DNA of 64,000 nt from Geosiphon pyriformis uo1 (taxonomy: Eukaryota > Fungi > Glomeromycota), in assembly GCA_016748015.1 (NCBI GenBank), contig JAAOMT010000236.1, positions 10,157-74,156 on the forward strand. The letters run 5' to 3'. Both the position numbers and the translations under genes were made by a program. The notes below the pieces were generated by a model. That model made no database searches. It had not been told where the DNA came from and worked only from the letters and a program-made list of their open reading frames with translations. This document shows, one piece after another, positions 12,865 through 25,245 of the stretch. How positions within the stretch are numbered: the stretch's first letter is position 1; every line of letters starts with the position of its first letter.

Positions 12865-13475
12865 CTTGACACTCTTCACAGCACTGATTTTGGCACAGGA
12901 TAAGACAGTTTTCACAGAGGTAAGTGTTGATTTGGGTAAGGTATTGTTTTTGCTTTTGTTGAGTGGGGCATAGTTGTTGGTAATAGTTCTGAAATTTGTC
13001 CACTGGATTAAACATGTTGTAGCTGGTGACTTTGTCAGCTACTTCAGCTGACTCTTTCTAATGTCGTATTTCTTTGGTGGTTTCTTCTCTTACTTTGGTC
13101 TGTGTGGTGTTATACAACTCATCCTCATTGTGTGGGTAGTACTGTAGTCTTTTTAACACTCTGTTGAATGCTGCTTCAAATGGCGTTCCTTCTCTTACCC
13201 AGTTATAGATGAGGATTGTGTATTGGCAAGTTGTGTCACATGTTTTTTCTCTGTCTAGTATGTTGTTTCAGTCACACTCTCTTAGTAATAGTTTTTCACA
13301 AGTGAAGCATGGTTCCTCATCTCATTTTCTGTGTCTTTCTGGATAATCATATTTTTCTTTGTTACAATGGTTACAATAGTAGTGGGTGGAATTTCTTGGG
13401 TCTTTATCTAGTGTACTGCATGTCATTATAGACAAGAGTTTTTTCTTGCAAACTGAGCATTCTAGCTTTGGTCTG
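12865..13475 (-). pseudogene. B Cys-rich putative multi-zinc-finger module
   Basis: CSVC-x9-C-x14-CNHC-x18-CFTC-x19-CDTTC, then CENCLILCQNQCCEEC. Confidence 0.75.
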
Positions 13476-13729
13476 CATCGCTAGTGGTTTCTTTGTAGAC
13501 TTACCTGGTTCTATTCAGATCTTTCTTTGCTGGTCCATATTGGTATGGCTGGTAGTCCTGTTCTTTGGTTATCAGTCCAAAAGAGTTGATAGGTTTTAAT
13601 GACTGGTAGTATTGGATTTTCCTTAAATTCAAAAATAAGTCTTTGGTTGGTGCTGGGTTTTTGGAAGTGGCTACAGGTGGCTGGAATTCTGACCTGGTGG
13701 CCATTATAATTGATCAGAAGCTCTTGGGT

Positions 13730-14060
13730 GATCTAGTCTAAGATGGCATTGGCTTTTGTTAACCAGTCATTTCCTACTAACACTTGATATTGTGTAGTGT
13801 CTATTACTAATACTTTTGTAGATATTACTATGCCATTAATTTTAAAAGGAAATGAGTTGATTTTGCTATAAGGCAGCTTTGTACTTCCATCGGCTGTTAT
13901 AATTTGGAACGTTGCAGTACGATCAACTTTGAAACCCAGTTGGTTTACTAGTTAAAGCATTATGATGCTTCCAGTGGATCCATTATCTAAGATAAGTTTG
14001 ATTGGAGTATTGTTTACAGTGGCTTCCATATACATAGCAGTGATTGGGCATTTTTTGTCC
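13730..14060 (-). pseudogene. B aspartic protease
   Basis: PITAMYMEATVNNTPIKLILDNGSTGSII...VLVGNDWL (retropepsin DSG motif and the downstream GxDW(L) motif). Confidence 0.88.
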
Positions 14061-14499
14061 AATGCTGTTCCACTGAACATAGCCTCGTTTTCCTCTAATT
14101 CAAAAAGAAAAATAGCTGCAAGGCTGCTATCTTCAGTAGCAACTGCTGGTAGTATTGTTTGGCTCAATTTGTTGGAGGAATTTTTGGTTCTGTTTATGTT
14201 TCTACCATCATTGTTTCTGATGATCAGATTTTCTAGTATATTAAGGTAAGTTTGTTGATAATTTTGGTAGTTTGGATTGGTTTGCTAACTGGTTCCAGCA
14301 CAGTTTGGATTTCTTTGGACCAACGCATTCTGGTTCCATATAGACTGATTTCAGGGCTTGGAACACCAATTCGGATTGGTTATCATGAACTGTTGCTGGT
14401 AAGTTCCTTGATTTTAATACATAGTGGAATATTGGCATGGTATTGGCATGTACTGGTTTCTGGGCATTTGGGGTGGCACGTAATAATTATTTTTGCATG

Positions 14500-16200
14500 C
14501 TTCTTATATCATTCACATTCAATATTGACTAATCAAATGTCCTATGCATTTGCAAAAATGGCAGGCACGTATTTCTGTTCTGAATTCTTGGCATGACGAG
14601 CAATTATTTCGACTGTTGCTGACTTCCTGGCTGCATTTTTGGGGTGGTTGGTATGTATTTTTTCTTGGATCTAGGATAAAGTAACTTTCTATTTTCTTAG
14701 AAAGTTTTTTCTTTAATTGTGTTACTCTTTTTTCTAATGTTTCTGTCTTATTTTTTTTTATTACCATGTTAATCATTTGACTATGGTTAGCTTTTTTTTC
14801 AGCCAATTCAAGGGCTCTGATGAGTGTAATGGCTTCTGGTAAAGAATTAGGGTGGGCAGGACATACTCTTTCTAAAATGCTGCTTTTTAATTCTCTAATA
14901 AACTGATTTAAAACCTGAGGATCAGTGTAGTATCCTTGTTCAATTACTTTAATCTGATGGCAAATTTGATTAAATCGAGCAAGATATTGGGTGACAGTTT
15001 CACTGGTACCTTGCTTGATAGTATTGAATTTGTTCTGTAGTTAGATTACAGCATTTGAGTTGCTAAAATACTCCAGGAGTGCATTTTTAAATTCGGCAAA
15101 GCTCATGGGTTTTGTTTTCAGACTTTGATACCACGAGTCGACTGTGCCTTTTAGAAAGAAAAGTAATGTTTGAATTGCTCTTTGGTTGTTCCAGTTATTT
15201 GCCTGGATGGCTTTTTGCATTTCTCTGAGCCACGTGTACACGTCCGTTTCTTCTTCTTCTTCTGAGAAATCTGTTAGTCTTGCAATGTATGATGTGGCCA
15301 TTTTGTCACTGTTTTCTACTAGTGGGCTTATTGGTCTAAGAAAAGGTGAGATGATATTTCCTTGAGCATTCCTAAAGATGGCTTCTCTTATATCCAATTC
15401 TTCCTTTTGATCACAAGTTTCTTCTGAACTGGCTGCTTGTTCCAGTAACCAGTCTTGTGATTGTTTTTTTGCTGGTCTCTTTTTCGGATTCCGATTCAGA
15501 CTTCTCTTCATGGTTTTCAAACTCCATTCCAAATTTTGGCTGAAAAAGAGGGTTTTGGAATAGCGATGAATATCCTCCTGTAATTGGTATGTCTCTCTAA
15601 TTATATTGTTTAATTTTACCAGTATAACTAGGAGTTTTTAGCGTTTGTGGAGTTGATATTGATAATGATGCAGCTCCTAATGGAATCTGTATCTTATTTT
15701 CTGGTGAAAAATAGTATAATTTATTTTCTGGTAAATAAATACATTGTTTTTTATTGATTAAGTAACAGTTTTCTTTGGTGTTTGAGCAGATGTTCCTAGT
15801 TTTTGCTGGTTACTTTCCTGATTAGTTTCTAAATTTTCTTTGGTTTTGTTGGCATGTTCTCTAGTGTTTTTTGTGAATATTAAAAAATTTTTGTTGGTGT
15901 ATTGCTCAATTTCTCGATAGATTTTAACAATAGTTGTGGCTATTACTGCTACTTTTTTTGTAGTATATTGTGATAATTCTCTATACAATCCAAGTTTTGT
16001 GTCATGTGGTTCTTCTTTCTTTCCTATATGATAATTTATTCTGGCATTGATATAATAAGTAAGGGCAGATTTTGCTGGACAACACCCTTCTGGTAATCCA
16101 AGATTACTTTGATTTTGTGTGTAAATAGCATGACAGAATTCAAGAACAGTAAGGTTAAGGGTTTTTGTCACCACTTTTGTCTCTTCTTTTTTAGCAATGA
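14500..16200 (-). pseudogene. B gag (N-terminal helical domain, capsid, CCHC knuckle)
   Basis: ORF-track fragments 15758-16174, 15041-15532 (AIQANNWN..FFLKGTVDSWY) and 14519-14806 (CHFCKCIGHLISQY). Confidence 0.85.
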
Positions 16201-16353
16201 ATTATTGCTAATTATTATTTCCTTTTTGATTTTCTTTCTTTGTAGGGTTTACCAAATGTTATGGAATAGTTTTCTTGGTATATTTAATTGCCAATATCCC
16301 ATTTTAATTACAATCAGTCTCTTGTGAGTTCTTTAATTCTATTTGTGTAATAA

Positions 16354-17106
16354 TGTTACTGTTATACTGAAGGCTTTCTCTTTAATATCACAATATAAGT
16401 TATTTCTCAATTCCTGATTGTTGTGTGTGTTTATGTACTCCTTTTCAGAGGCTGAACTAAAATCTACCCACTGTTTGGGGTCTTCTCTGAGACTATTCTT
16501 GCAATTGCCTGATGTGTTTCTCTAATCTAGAAACATAGAATGTTAATGGCCTTTGGTGCTTTTTCTAATTCTTACAATAAAGCTTTTATCAATTAGTAAC
16601 AATGTGAATAATCTTGATCAGAGATTATTCTTCCAAGAAATTTAGCTGATGAATGATAGTTTCATTTAATAAATAATACAAGTAAGTTTTTTACTACTTT
16701 GGGGTTGTGATAATTCAGTTTTAAATATTCTTTTTCATTTCTTTTTGATTTAAAGGTACAATTTTAAAGTGGAGTTTGTTAGATAAATTGGATCTATTGC
16801 TTGATAAGTTATGATTTTTATTACTTGATTGACTTTTCTCAATATTAAAGCTACTGTATATATACATGTTTGTAGTTCTACAAGAAAACACATTGTAATA
16901 CTTTCTTTTTGATATTTCAACCTGGTGTTTGCTGCTATCATCAGTTGGTGTTGGCTGCTATTGTGAACTGGTGCTTGCTATTATCGTAAGATGGTGTTTA
17001 TTACTATGTTAATTATTATCTTTCTAAGATTATTATTGTGCTATATTATGATTAAATAGTTTATATTATTTTTATAATTTTTTTGCTAAATTATTAAACC
17101 ATAACA
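16354..17106 (-). repeat. Putative 5' LTR of B
   Basis: Minus strand begins TGTTAT exactly where A1 homology stops and ends TAACA (3' boundary 16354 or 16360). It contains the ATGTATATATA TATA motif and a U3 tandem array. Only one copy is present in the window. Confidence 0.65.
16924..17015. repeat. 4 x 23-bp tandem repeat in B U3
   Basis: GGTGTTTGCTGCTATCATCAGTT / GGTGTTGGCTGCTATTGTGAACT / GGTGCTTGCTATTATCGTAAGAT / GGTGTTTATTACTATGTTAATTA. Confidence 0.8.
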
Positions 17107-17587
17107 CCATATCCATTGTTTTGTTGAGTAAAATTTCTGGTTGATCTTAAAATGCTGTATGTATTTGGTATATAGCTCAAGCTTGTGTAGATTAGTTGTT
17201 TTTTCTCACAAAATGTTTTAGTTGTTGTAGTATTGTTGTGTCAAATAACTGCTTTGTTTTATCCATATATAAGTTCTGAATATTCACGTGTTGTCCCAAA
17301 TAAAAATAACAATAGTTTCTTGGAAATTGTTGTATCCACCAATTCCAAGTTTCTTTAGTCAACTCTTGGTATATTGACTCTTTTGTCAATTTTTTTATTG
17401 CCAATTTTATTTTTGCAATGATTTTGTCAATGGTATTTTCTGGTTTCTTCTGTTTTCTGTGTTGTAATGTCTTTCTAGTATCTTGATATTGAATGATTTG
17501 TTGATTGATTGTAATTTTTATTTCTTGGTGTTGGATCAATTGAAAGAATTGTTGTGCTAGTGAGTGAATGTTGTCTGTAATTTCCAT
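17107..17587 (-). pseudogene. A1 3' accessory ORF (ORF3), unknown function
   Basis: ORF 17192-17608 MEITDNIHSLAQQFFQL...RNYCYFYLGQ has homologues in D, E, F and C. Confidence 0.75.
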
Positions 17588-17639
17588 TTTTCTAATATTT
17601 CCTATCACGTCTACTATGTCTTTATATATTCTTTTAATG

Positions 17640-19025
17640 AATCAATTTAACATGTTGTTGTTAATAATAATGATTGGTTCCAGATTTTGTGGAATCTTAT
17701 CTGGTTGGACTAGTATTCTCTGTACTTCTAATTGTGAAATATTACTGGTGGATGGTGGTGTAGTGTTGTGGTATGGTTTTAGTCAATTTCCATGTGCTGC
17801 TTTGGTTAAGATTTTGTTGTTCAGTCTTAATTTGTAAGCTCTATTTCCTAGAATTTCTTCTATGTGAAATGGTCTATCCTATTTGGGGTCGAATTTCCAC
17901 TCCATTGTTTTTTTGCTTTGGTACAATATAAGAGTACTTTGTCTTCAATCTTGAATTCAACTGGTTTGTCTGGTAGTTGACTATCATGTCTTTCTATCTG
18001 TTTTTCTTGTGACTTTTGAATATTATCAGCTGCTCTTCTTCGTTTGTTTTCCAATGTTTCCATTAAGTCATATGTTTTTCTCAATAATGTTTCTTAAAAA
18101 TTCTTTTCTGTTATTGGTTCAGCTGGATATGTATTAATTTCTCTCTTTACTGGTAATGTTGCTGTTCTCCCATACACTAATTCAAATAGTGTTGCTTGTG
18201 TAGTATCTTGTTTTATTGTCTGATAAGCAAATAGTACTGATGATATAAACAAATCCCATTCATCTTGGTTTCCTTAGCTGATCTTAGCAATTGCTTTACA
18301 CAATGTTTTGTTAAATCTTTCAACTAGACTGTTTGTTTGTGGATGGTAAGGTGATAATAGTGGTCTCTTAATTCCAAATCTTTGGCTCAATTCTGCCAAT
18401 GTTCTATTTACAAAATGAGTTCCTTGGTTTGATAATAGTTCTTTTGAACATTTATGTCAACAAATCAAATCTTGATAAATGAATTCGGCAATGGATTCTG
18501 CATCCACTTTTTGAATTGCTTTTGCTTTTGGCCATTTAGTGAGATAATCCATGGCTACTGCAATATATCTGTTTCCTCTGCTGGTAATTGTTAATGGTCT
18601 GACTAAGTCAATTCCAATGCGATCAAATGGTTGTCTCACTTTGATTGGTCTTAACAGTTCACTTGGTCTTGTTCCTCCTCTTCTTTGACAAGCATCACAA
18701 TTTTGAACATATTGAATGATGTCTGAATACATTGATGGCCAATAGTATCTTTTTCTGGTTCTTTCTATGGTTGCTTCTTTGTGAAAATGTCCTGCTGTTT
18801 GATTTGAGTGCATGTTGTATAAAATTGTCTCTTTTTCTGGCTCTGTAACTACTCTGATTAGTTGATCTAGATCTTTTTTATTCTTTCGATAAAGTATATT
18901 TTGGTAAGTAATAAAGTATTTTGATTGTTGTTTGATACTATTGCATTCCAATTGAGATAATTTCTCCTTGAACTATTGAGTATCTATATAATGTTTGAGT
19001 TGTTGATATTTTTGTATGTTTATCT
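17640..19025 (-). pseudogene. A1 integrase (HHCC, DDE core, GPF module, no chromodomain)
   Basis: H-x6-H...CDAC, RIGIDLV, DYLTKWP, PYHPQTNSLVERFN and a C-terminal PFHI..LGNRAYKL segment. Confidence 0.93.
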
Positions 19026-19099
19026 TTTGTTATATTTTTGTTGGGTTTGGTTTGGTTTTGTTATATTTTTGGATTGAAATGTTCTTAGATTTGTCTCAT

Positions 19100-20240
19100 T
19101 TATGACAAACCGTCAGCATTTCTGTTGTCTTTTTTTTTTCTATAGTATATAATATAAGTATATAGTGAGAGTGCCATTTTCCATCTTGATTGTCTGTCAT
19201 CTCCAAATTCTTGTTTTTGGAGTGATGTCAATCCCTTGTGATCTGTATACACCTCAAATTTCTGGCTCAAGTATTTTTTCCATTTCATGACTGCCCAATA
19301 AATTGCTAAATGTTTTAATTCTGGTGTTCTATAATTTTTTTCAGCTGGTGTTAACCCTTGACTGGCATATGCAACTGAATGTTCTCTTTCATCTGATCCT
19401 CTCTGAGATAGTATTGCTCCCAATGCTTGACCTGATGCATCAGTAGTAATGATAAATAGTTTGCTGTGATCTGGATAGATCAATACTGGAGCTTGGATGA
19501 GCTTTCTTCTTAAAATGTCAAAAGCTTCTTGCTGGGTTTCAGTCCATTCATATTTTACATTCTTGGTTTGAAGATGATTGAGTGGTTGAGCTATTTTAGA
19601 AAAATCTTTGATGAAACGACAATAATAGCTTGTGAATTCCAAGAATGATTTTAGTTTCATCACATTGGTGGGTACTGGAAAGTTCTTTACTATTTCTATC
19701 TTTTCTGGATCTGTTTTTATGCTGTCTTTGCTGACTATATGTCCCAAGAATTTCAATTCTGTTTTTCCGAAAAAGCATTTTGTGGTATTTAACTTTAGTC
19801 CTGCTTGCTGGAGTCTTTCAAATACTTGTTGTAGATGATGGAAATAATCATCAAACGTTCTTGAAAATACATTGGTGTTGTCTAAGTATACGACTACTGA
19901 TTTCCACAATAAGCTGATGTAAACAATTTTTATAAGCCATTAAAAGGTGGCTGGGATGTTGGTTAAGCCAAATGGCATCATTTCAAATTTAAAATTCCCT
20001 TTTTTTGTTATAAAAGCTGTTTTTTCTTTGTTCGCTGGATCTATGGCTACTTGTCAGTAACCACTGTCTAGATCCAGTATTGAGAACTATTTGTTTCCAC
20101 TAAAAGCATCGAATAACTCTTGAATTAGCCCATTGTCAAGCATTTAATTGATTTCTTGACAGATAATCTTATGGGCTGGTGGTACTCTGTATGCTCTTTG
20201 TTAAATTGGCATTGCATCTCCAGTCTTGATTTGGTGTTGG
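19100..20240 (-). pseudogene. A1 reverse transcriptase and RNase H
   Basis: VVYLDNT, LKLNTTKCFF, ITTDASGQALGAILSQ, AYASQGLTPAEKNY, YTDHKGL, NADGLS. An internal deletion removes the PWSSPV-RFCVDY segment near 20125. Confidence 0.95.
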
Positions 20241-20784
20241 ATGATGTCAGTGTGGCCAAATTCATTTTTGCTGGCAAACATGTTGTTAAAATTGCTAAGC
20301 AACATCTTGAGCTGCATACGTTGAAGTGGGTCTAAGTTTCCCATGTTCATTTGTTCCAATTGTTCTGGTTAGAGCAAATAACATTTATTTCGTCTGTATA
20401 TGGTTTGTGAAGTATTGTCAACATATTTGCACAGCTGTGGAAAGTTTGGTACACTGTTTGGTGGCTGGTCTTTTATTTCTGTGGTCAAATATCTGATAGT
20501 GGTTCCTTCTGGTATCTCTACAACATTTCCTGTATTGTTGTAAATGGGAATTTTAATCTGATTATGGTTTTTGGCTGGTATGTGGAGATTAATGAGTCCA
20601 ATCTCTTTTGATTCACAAAGGCTTGCTTTTGCTTCAAAAATCTGTGCTTGATTTTTTACCTTCCTTTCTATCGCTATCATGTATTAGTCATATGGTGGAA
20701 TAGAAATTGCTTGACCAATTGAGATAAATTCTTCTTGGCCAATAGTTTTTTCTTCTATCATATTAACCAGTATATCTATTCTAC

Positions 20785-21175
20785 CTGTGGATCTAAATCT
20801 CTGGATTCCTCTTGCTGTTATTCCTAATTCCTCTTTATTTCTTACTGACACTAACTGAGCTATCTTAACCAAAGGTAAGAATATTGCCTGTGTTATTTTT
20901 TTGTTTGGCTCTATAATATAGGCCTTTTCTAAGTCATTTTGTAGCATTGCCATAATATTTTCCACATATCCAGCATTAATTATTCCTCCTCTGATATTTA
21001 TCACTTTTTTCACTAAACTACTCCTAAATGCTAGTTGAACCATGGTTGTTGCTAGAATTTCCAGTGCTATTTTGAGATCAATGCAGGTGCACAAATGTGG
21101 TTCCAATTTTATGGCATTTTTTCTTAGATACCTCAGATCAAATCTAGCATCAGTATCATGTGCACATTCTGGCAT
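20785..21175 (-). pseudogene. A1 dUTPase domain
   Basis: AHDTDARFDL, FRSSL, GGIINAGYVENI, KITQAIF and RGIQRFRSTG correspond to the five trimeric dUTPase motifs. Confidence 0.92.
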
Positions 21176-21434
21176 AATACCTTCATCATTGTCACTGTAT
21201 CATTTCAACTCTTGTTCTTTTGAGAGATCTGGTAAGGCAATATATTGTTCATAATTGGAATTAGAGTCTAAATCTGAGTTAATTTTGTTGCCATATTGAA
21301 CTGAACTGGAACCATTGTTGTTGTCATTATTGGAGTTTGAATTAGGATTGAAAATTGATTTCAATTCTGATGTGCAGTTGCTGATTGGTTTGTTTTCTTC
21401 TAGAATCGTGTAGATTATGCATAGTGGTGGATTG

Positions 21435-22065
21435 TAAATAAGATCACACTCATTACAATACTGGAAGTCACATGGAATCAAACAGTAGTTACATAGTCAA
21501 GTGTTTAGCTGTGCTAAATACTCTTCCTGTTTTTCTCTTGTGGGTACCAGATTTTGGTAATGCTCGTAAAAGTTTTCTGGATTGGTTTCAATGTTGAGGA
21601 AAGCATCTGAGTTGGGGATCAGAATGATGTCAACCTGTTTAGGCAGGTTGTTTTTAATTTCCAAGATTTTGCTGGACATGGCTCTTTCTACTTTGGCATT
21701 AGCCATTCACCAGATTTTGTCTTTGTTGTGTGGATAACTTTCTAAGCGAAAGATCACTCAGTGCCAGACGGCTGTTATTGGCATGTTACGACTTACCCAA
21801 TCGCTGATGAGGATCGTGTATTGGCATGAAGTGTCACACATTCCTCCCCAATTAGGAATGTCATTCCACATTTCTTCATCGAGTAACTGTTTGCCACAAG
21901 TGAAACATGGTTTGTTGTCCCACTTGCTTTGTTATTTTGGATGGCCATAGTATTCTCTATCACATGGCTTGCAATAATAGTGGGTTTTCGTCCAGTAGTC
22001 TTCATCAAGTGCGATCCATGCTCCCATGGAAGAGAGTTTCTTCTTATAGTTCTGACATTTTAAGG
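21435..22065 (-). pseudogene. A1 Cys-rich module
   Basis: Contains YCKPC, CFTC, CDTSCQY and the C-terminal PCDFQYCNECDLIY cluster. Confidence 0.75.
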
Positions 22066-22489
22066 GGATGTAAGGTGGCTTTTTCACTGGCTCACGTGAG
22101 TATTTTCTTTTCCAATCACTGGTTATTTTCTTGGTGACTTTGTCAGTTTCTTTAGGTAAGTCTTCTTCTTTTCCTTTTTCTTTTTCTTCTCAGCTTGTTG
22201 GTGTTGATTTGTTTTTGTCATCATTGTTCTAGGCATCGATGATGGTCTCCCAGGTATGTTCTTCTGTTTTTTTTCTTTTTCTCTTTACATTGTTCTTTTT
22301 TTTCCAGTCTAGAATTGGCAATAGCTTGTTGTGCTCGATGTCAGCCCATGATACTTGGTATGTCTCCCAAGTAGGCTTTAGTTTTTCCTCCTCAAAATTG
22401 ATAAGCGGTGCTAATGACATGACGTTGTTAGGTTTGAAATGGTCACATGTTGCCGGTATTTACATGTGTTGGCCATTTTGGCTGAGTTG

Positions 22490-22830
22490 AAGTTTCTGAG
22501 TAGTCCAATCTAATATTGCATTGGTTTTAGATAACCAGTCATTGCTCACTAATGCCTAATATTGTATTGCTTCTATTACCAAAACTTTGATGAGAATGAT
22601 AATACCATTGACTTCAAATGGAAAGTTGTCAATCTCACCAATAGGAGTTTTGGTGGCTCCATTGGCTGTTATAATTCTTGTACTGGCAGCTCAATCAACT
22701 CGATGACCTAATTAATCTATGAGCTGCCCTGTAATGATACTGCTTGCTGAACTACTGTCGAGGATTAGTTTAATGGGGTGACCATCAACTTTCGCATCAG
22801 TATACATGACTGTAATAGGCTTCTCTTCCA
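22490..22830 (-). pseudogene. A1 aspartic protease
   Basis: MYTDAKVDGHPIKLILDSSSASSII...LVSNDWL. Confidence 0.9.
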
Positions 22831-23099
22831 ATACAGCTTCACTAAATAATGGTGTGGCTGAGGGTTTCTCGAATTCAAAAGGAAAGATGGCATTCAAAGC
22901 TTCATTTTCAGTGATCATTGCTGGAAGAATATTGGTGAGTGTTGTTTGCTGATTGGATTCTGGTTTGTTGGAGATGGTGTTTTCTGGGGTGACCAGAAGA
23001 CTTAAATAGTTCTGAGAATTCGGGTTTTGGGTGGAACTGGTACCTGAATTCCGAGAGCATGATCCAGCTGGTTGATGAGAAGAGTTGGAGATCAGTTGG

Positions 23100-25186
23100 T
23101 AAACAATCATCGCTGATCTCTAGTTTTGAGTGATTCTAGGTCTTGGGTTTCCTGATGTCATAGTAGCTGAGTTTTGGGGTGGTGTTTGAATTTGTTGGGG
23201 TTGATAGATCACTTAAGACAGTGGCTAATAGATTATTTGTGGCTGCGGTGAATAAATTGTTGGATTTTGATAAACTGGATGTTGATATACTGGTGGTTAA
23301 TAGATTGATTGCTGTGTTATTGGTAGGTAAGTAGTTTGATATTGTGCTGAGTTTGATTGATGATTCGGAGTTGAAAAACCGGTAATTGGGGTTTTGATAT
23401 TAATTTCCTGATTGTTGGTTATTTAAATATTGGCAGCAGTCGATTTGGATATGTCTTTGTTTACCACAATAGTGGCAGATACACGTTTCCTGTTACCACT
23501 GTTGATTGGTCAATAAAGATAGACATGGTTGATTTTGGGCACAATTAGAGTTTTCTTAATTATTGCATTGTTGTGGAGACTAATAAATGACGTAATTGTC
23601 AGTTAAGTATCCTTCCAATTTCTTATTAATTGATTCACTGAACTTCTCTAATTTGGAATCTAATTCAGATGATCCGTTTATCACTAAATTAACAGCTTGG
23701 GTGTGGTTGGCCTCTGACTTAGCAGATTCAAAATCTCTGGCACATGTAACTGCGTCTTGAAGTGTACCTGAATGTAACAGACATACATGTTGCAAGATGC
23801 TACTGTGCAGACCACAGATAAACTGGTTGAGAATCTGTAGTGCTGTAAAATAGTTGGTGTTAATTGCTTGAATTTGGCACAGATTTCAATAGAAGCATTT
23901 CAGGTAAGTGGTGACTGCTTCAGTTTCTTCTTGTTTCATGGTGGTGAACATATTGACTAAGCAATTGATGCTGTTATTGTTGCTGAAGTATTTTAGGAAT
24001 TCCACTTTAAAGGCATTGAAATCTTGTAGTTTATTATTCAAGCTCTGATATCATGAATTGGTAGTATCCTTGAAAAAGTAGAGAATGGCTTGTATTGCTC
24101 AGGCATCATTCCATCTGTTGGCTGCAATGGCCTTTTCTACATCATTTAACCATACTTAAGCATCATCTTCTTCGCCAGTAAAGTTGTCAAGTTTTGCGAT
24201 TGGTGCATAGGCCATTGGATCTAAGTTGGGTTATTGTGATGGCTGTTGAAGCAGTGGTTGTTGAAGTAGTAGTTAAAGTGGCTGCTGTATGGGTTTGGCT
24301 ATTGGATTAATTGGTGATTGATTAATGACAATTATCAGAGGTAAGTTTTGCTGATTAATTAATTTGGGGTTTGGATTGTTTTGTCTTTGATGATTCGGAG
24401 TTTCGATTTCCAAATTTTCTAGATTTAGATTTTGCTGAGTTTGAAGATTTGGGGTTTCAACTTCTGGGTTTTCAGTGATTGGGTTCTGGTAAGTAAATTT
24501 TTGTTCCTCAGATTCTTCTTCTTTCTCTTTTTCTGATTCCGTCACTTCCCACAGATCAGAAATTCTGAAATCTGGTGACAGTGGTGGTGATCAGAGGCCT
24601 GATAGAATTAGTGATTGCAAGTTAAATCCTTCAAAGTATTTGCTGTATGGTTCTAGTAAGTCTGTTTTTCTTTGTTTACTTTGAAATAGAAATCTTTCAA
24701 ATGTTGATGTCACGTTTGATGTGAATGTGCCTGTAAATGTAATATTAATGGTACTTCCAGGTGTATAGTAGTATGATGGATTAGTTGGAAATTCAACTCT
24801 TGTTTTCTTCCAAGTGGGTGGTTGTATCCTTTTAGGTGTTACTGCTGGTATTTGTAGTTTTCTTTTGCCTTTATTAGCATATGTAATTGGATATCTTTGC
24901 TGTGTGTGATGCTCAATTCTTTGTTGATATCAGTAATAATGGAGGCAAAATTGTGATTTGTTGGCAGGTTGGTATTTTGAATTAATTCACTGTAAAAGGC
25001 TGCTCTTGCCAATTCAGTATTTACTGATGTTTCCAACAGATAGGCAATTTTTTCGTTGACATAGAAGTTGAAGGCTGATTCGGCAGATATATGATTGTGG
25101 TTTAATCCCAAGTGTTGACAATAGTGTTGAAATAAAGATTTTGCAAATTCTAGATGGTTTGCTCCTATGTTTTCTGATTCTGCCAC
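23100..25186 (-). pseudogene. A1 gag
   Basis: MAESENIGANHLEFAKS N-domain, MAYAPIAKLDNFTGEEDDA capsid start, CHYCGKQRH knuckle and YQPP-rich tail. Confidence 0.88.
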
Positions 25187-25226
25187 TTTTAGATTTGTGT
25201 TGGTGCTGGTTTTCTGTAGAATTATA

Positions 25227-25243
25227 CTTCACAGAGAGCACTA
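25227..25243 (-). promoter_or_regulatory. Primer-binding site of A1
   Basis: T(A)GTGCTCTCTGTGAAG, 2 nt after the LTR end. Confidence 0.75.
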
Positions 25244-25245
25244 AA

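Larger units (their letters stand above)
10715..17106 (-). mobile_element. Ty3/Gypsy copy B (family B), 5' LTR to mid-RNase H, inserted in the 3' ORF of A1
   Basis: LTR, gag (MATSYIARLTDF; CHFCKCIGH), protease (LILDNGSTGSII), Cys module, dUTPase, RT (YLDD) and RNase H ending at IAYASRSLSTAEQNYA. Confidence 0.92.

Noticed and set aside
16646-16675. CTGATGA followed by a small ATGA/TCAT stem, a possible hammerhead ribozyme
   Set aside because: The required GAAA after stem II is absent (TTAA), and there are no convincing stems I or III.
16924-17015. CRISPR-like appearance of short periodic repeats (also 8039-8195)
   Set aside because: They are head-to-tail units without unique spacers, inside LTR U3 regions, in a eukaryotic context with no cas genes.
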